A DNA stretch of 64,000 nucleotides from positions 2,604,001 through 2,668,000 of the forward strand of contig CM075991.1 in NCBI GenBank assembly GCA_038087875.1, given 5' to 3'. Shown here piece by piece: positions 63,031 to 64,000 of this stretch. Below the pieces are notes generated by a model. It was given only the letters and a program-made list of their open reading frames with translations, did no database searches and was not told the DNA's origin. Source of the stretch: Malacoraja senta. Lineage: Eukaryota. The position numbers and the translations under genes are program-made. The stretch's first letter is position 1, and every line of letters begins with the position of its first letter.

Positions 63031-64000
63031 CTTAAGTTTAGTCTAGTTCAGTTTAGAAGTACAGCATAGAAACAGCCCCTTCGGCCCACCAAGGCCATGC
63101 TGACCATTGATCACCGGTTAACACGCATTCTATGTTATCCCACTTTCTCATCCACTCCCTGTACACAAGAGGCTATTTACAGAGGCCAATCACCTACAAA
63201 CCTACACGTCTTTACGATGTGGGAGGAAACCCATAAAAGGTTCTGATTGTCTACCCCATCTATGCCTCTCATCATTTTATATACTTCTGTAAGGTCCCTC
63301 CTCAACCTCAGACGTTCCAGAGAAAACCATCTAAATATGTCCAACCTCTCCTCATAGCTACTATTCTCTAATCCAGGCATCATTCTGATAATTAAAGTGT
63401 ATATAATAGTGAGGGGGCTAGGTTATATAAATAGGAAAGATTTATTTCCCTCAAAAGAGGGGGCATAGATTTAAGGAAACAAGACTCAGAAGGTGAGGAC
63501 AGTTGTCTGGAATTCTGTGGCTGAATAGATACATGAGGCAGAATCCATCACCAGATTTAAACTGTGCTTGAGATGTGTACCTGTCCTGGAGAGTTGTAGC
63601 CTGTGCTGAAAGATGGCCAAGGATGCTCATTGACTAGCAGAGACTAGATGGCCCGAATCACCTCCAGTGTAATGAGTAGAGCCAGGATTTTGCCATAAAT
63701 GCCATGTGCCTTTTCATGTCTTTGTTGATGAATCCATCAAGATAATGCCTTTTTCACGATCGAGTGCCTAAATCAGCCTTTTATTTGCCGTTTTGCTACA
63801 AGGTCGTTCTATTTTCTCTAGTTGTACCGAGATTACAATGACGTTTTCTATGTTAACATGTTAATATTAATGTTATTATTAACGTGTTAACATAGTATAA
63901 ATTACAAGAACATTTCCACCACCGGGGGCGCCACTGTCGGTCGTTCATTCATTCGTGCCGCTGCCTGCGCTGGTTCAGTCTTCTCCAAGATCTATTGATT

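Noticed and set aside
63916..63934. CTCF-like CCACCGGGGGCGC
   Set aside because: One base short of the CCACCAGGGGGCGC core spacing; not supportable without ChIP data.

Overview
Repeat-dense, essentially non-coding vertebrate DNA. The repeat set (HE1-type tRNA/V-SINEs, HER1/CR1 LINE pieces, Penelope-derived repeats) points to an elasmobranch, most likely a skate or ray; this is inference. I recognise no host protein-coding exon. The main host feature is a CpG-island promoter at ~15.0-15.3 kb (ZNF143, NRF1 and ETS motifs) with a minus-strand first-exon donor, plus a few weak minus-strand exon candidates. Mobile elements: a full-length decayed Tc1 with IR/DR ends (5.6-8.0 kb), two non-autonomous Helitrons, a bipartite RTE, a near-intact Rex1/Babar LINE, Vingi and Tx1 3' fragments, nested Harbinger-like MITEs, and hAT and Tigger-like MITEs. 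A ~4.5-kb tandem duplication (33.2-45.8 kb) carries a private insertion in each copy. Three observations stand out. (1) A GC-rich, non-tRNA retroposon group, with at least 8 copies here, shares a head and a conserved hairpin core but ends in either Rex1-type or L2-type 3' tails. (2) Abundant Penelope-derived short repeats carry a minimal hammerhead ribozyme; three are bounded by 12-bp TSDs. (3) A 1-kb element has ends that rejoin into a 13-7-13 tyrosine-recombinase-like site (Crypton candidate). All calls were made by eye; boundaries without a TSD are approximate.
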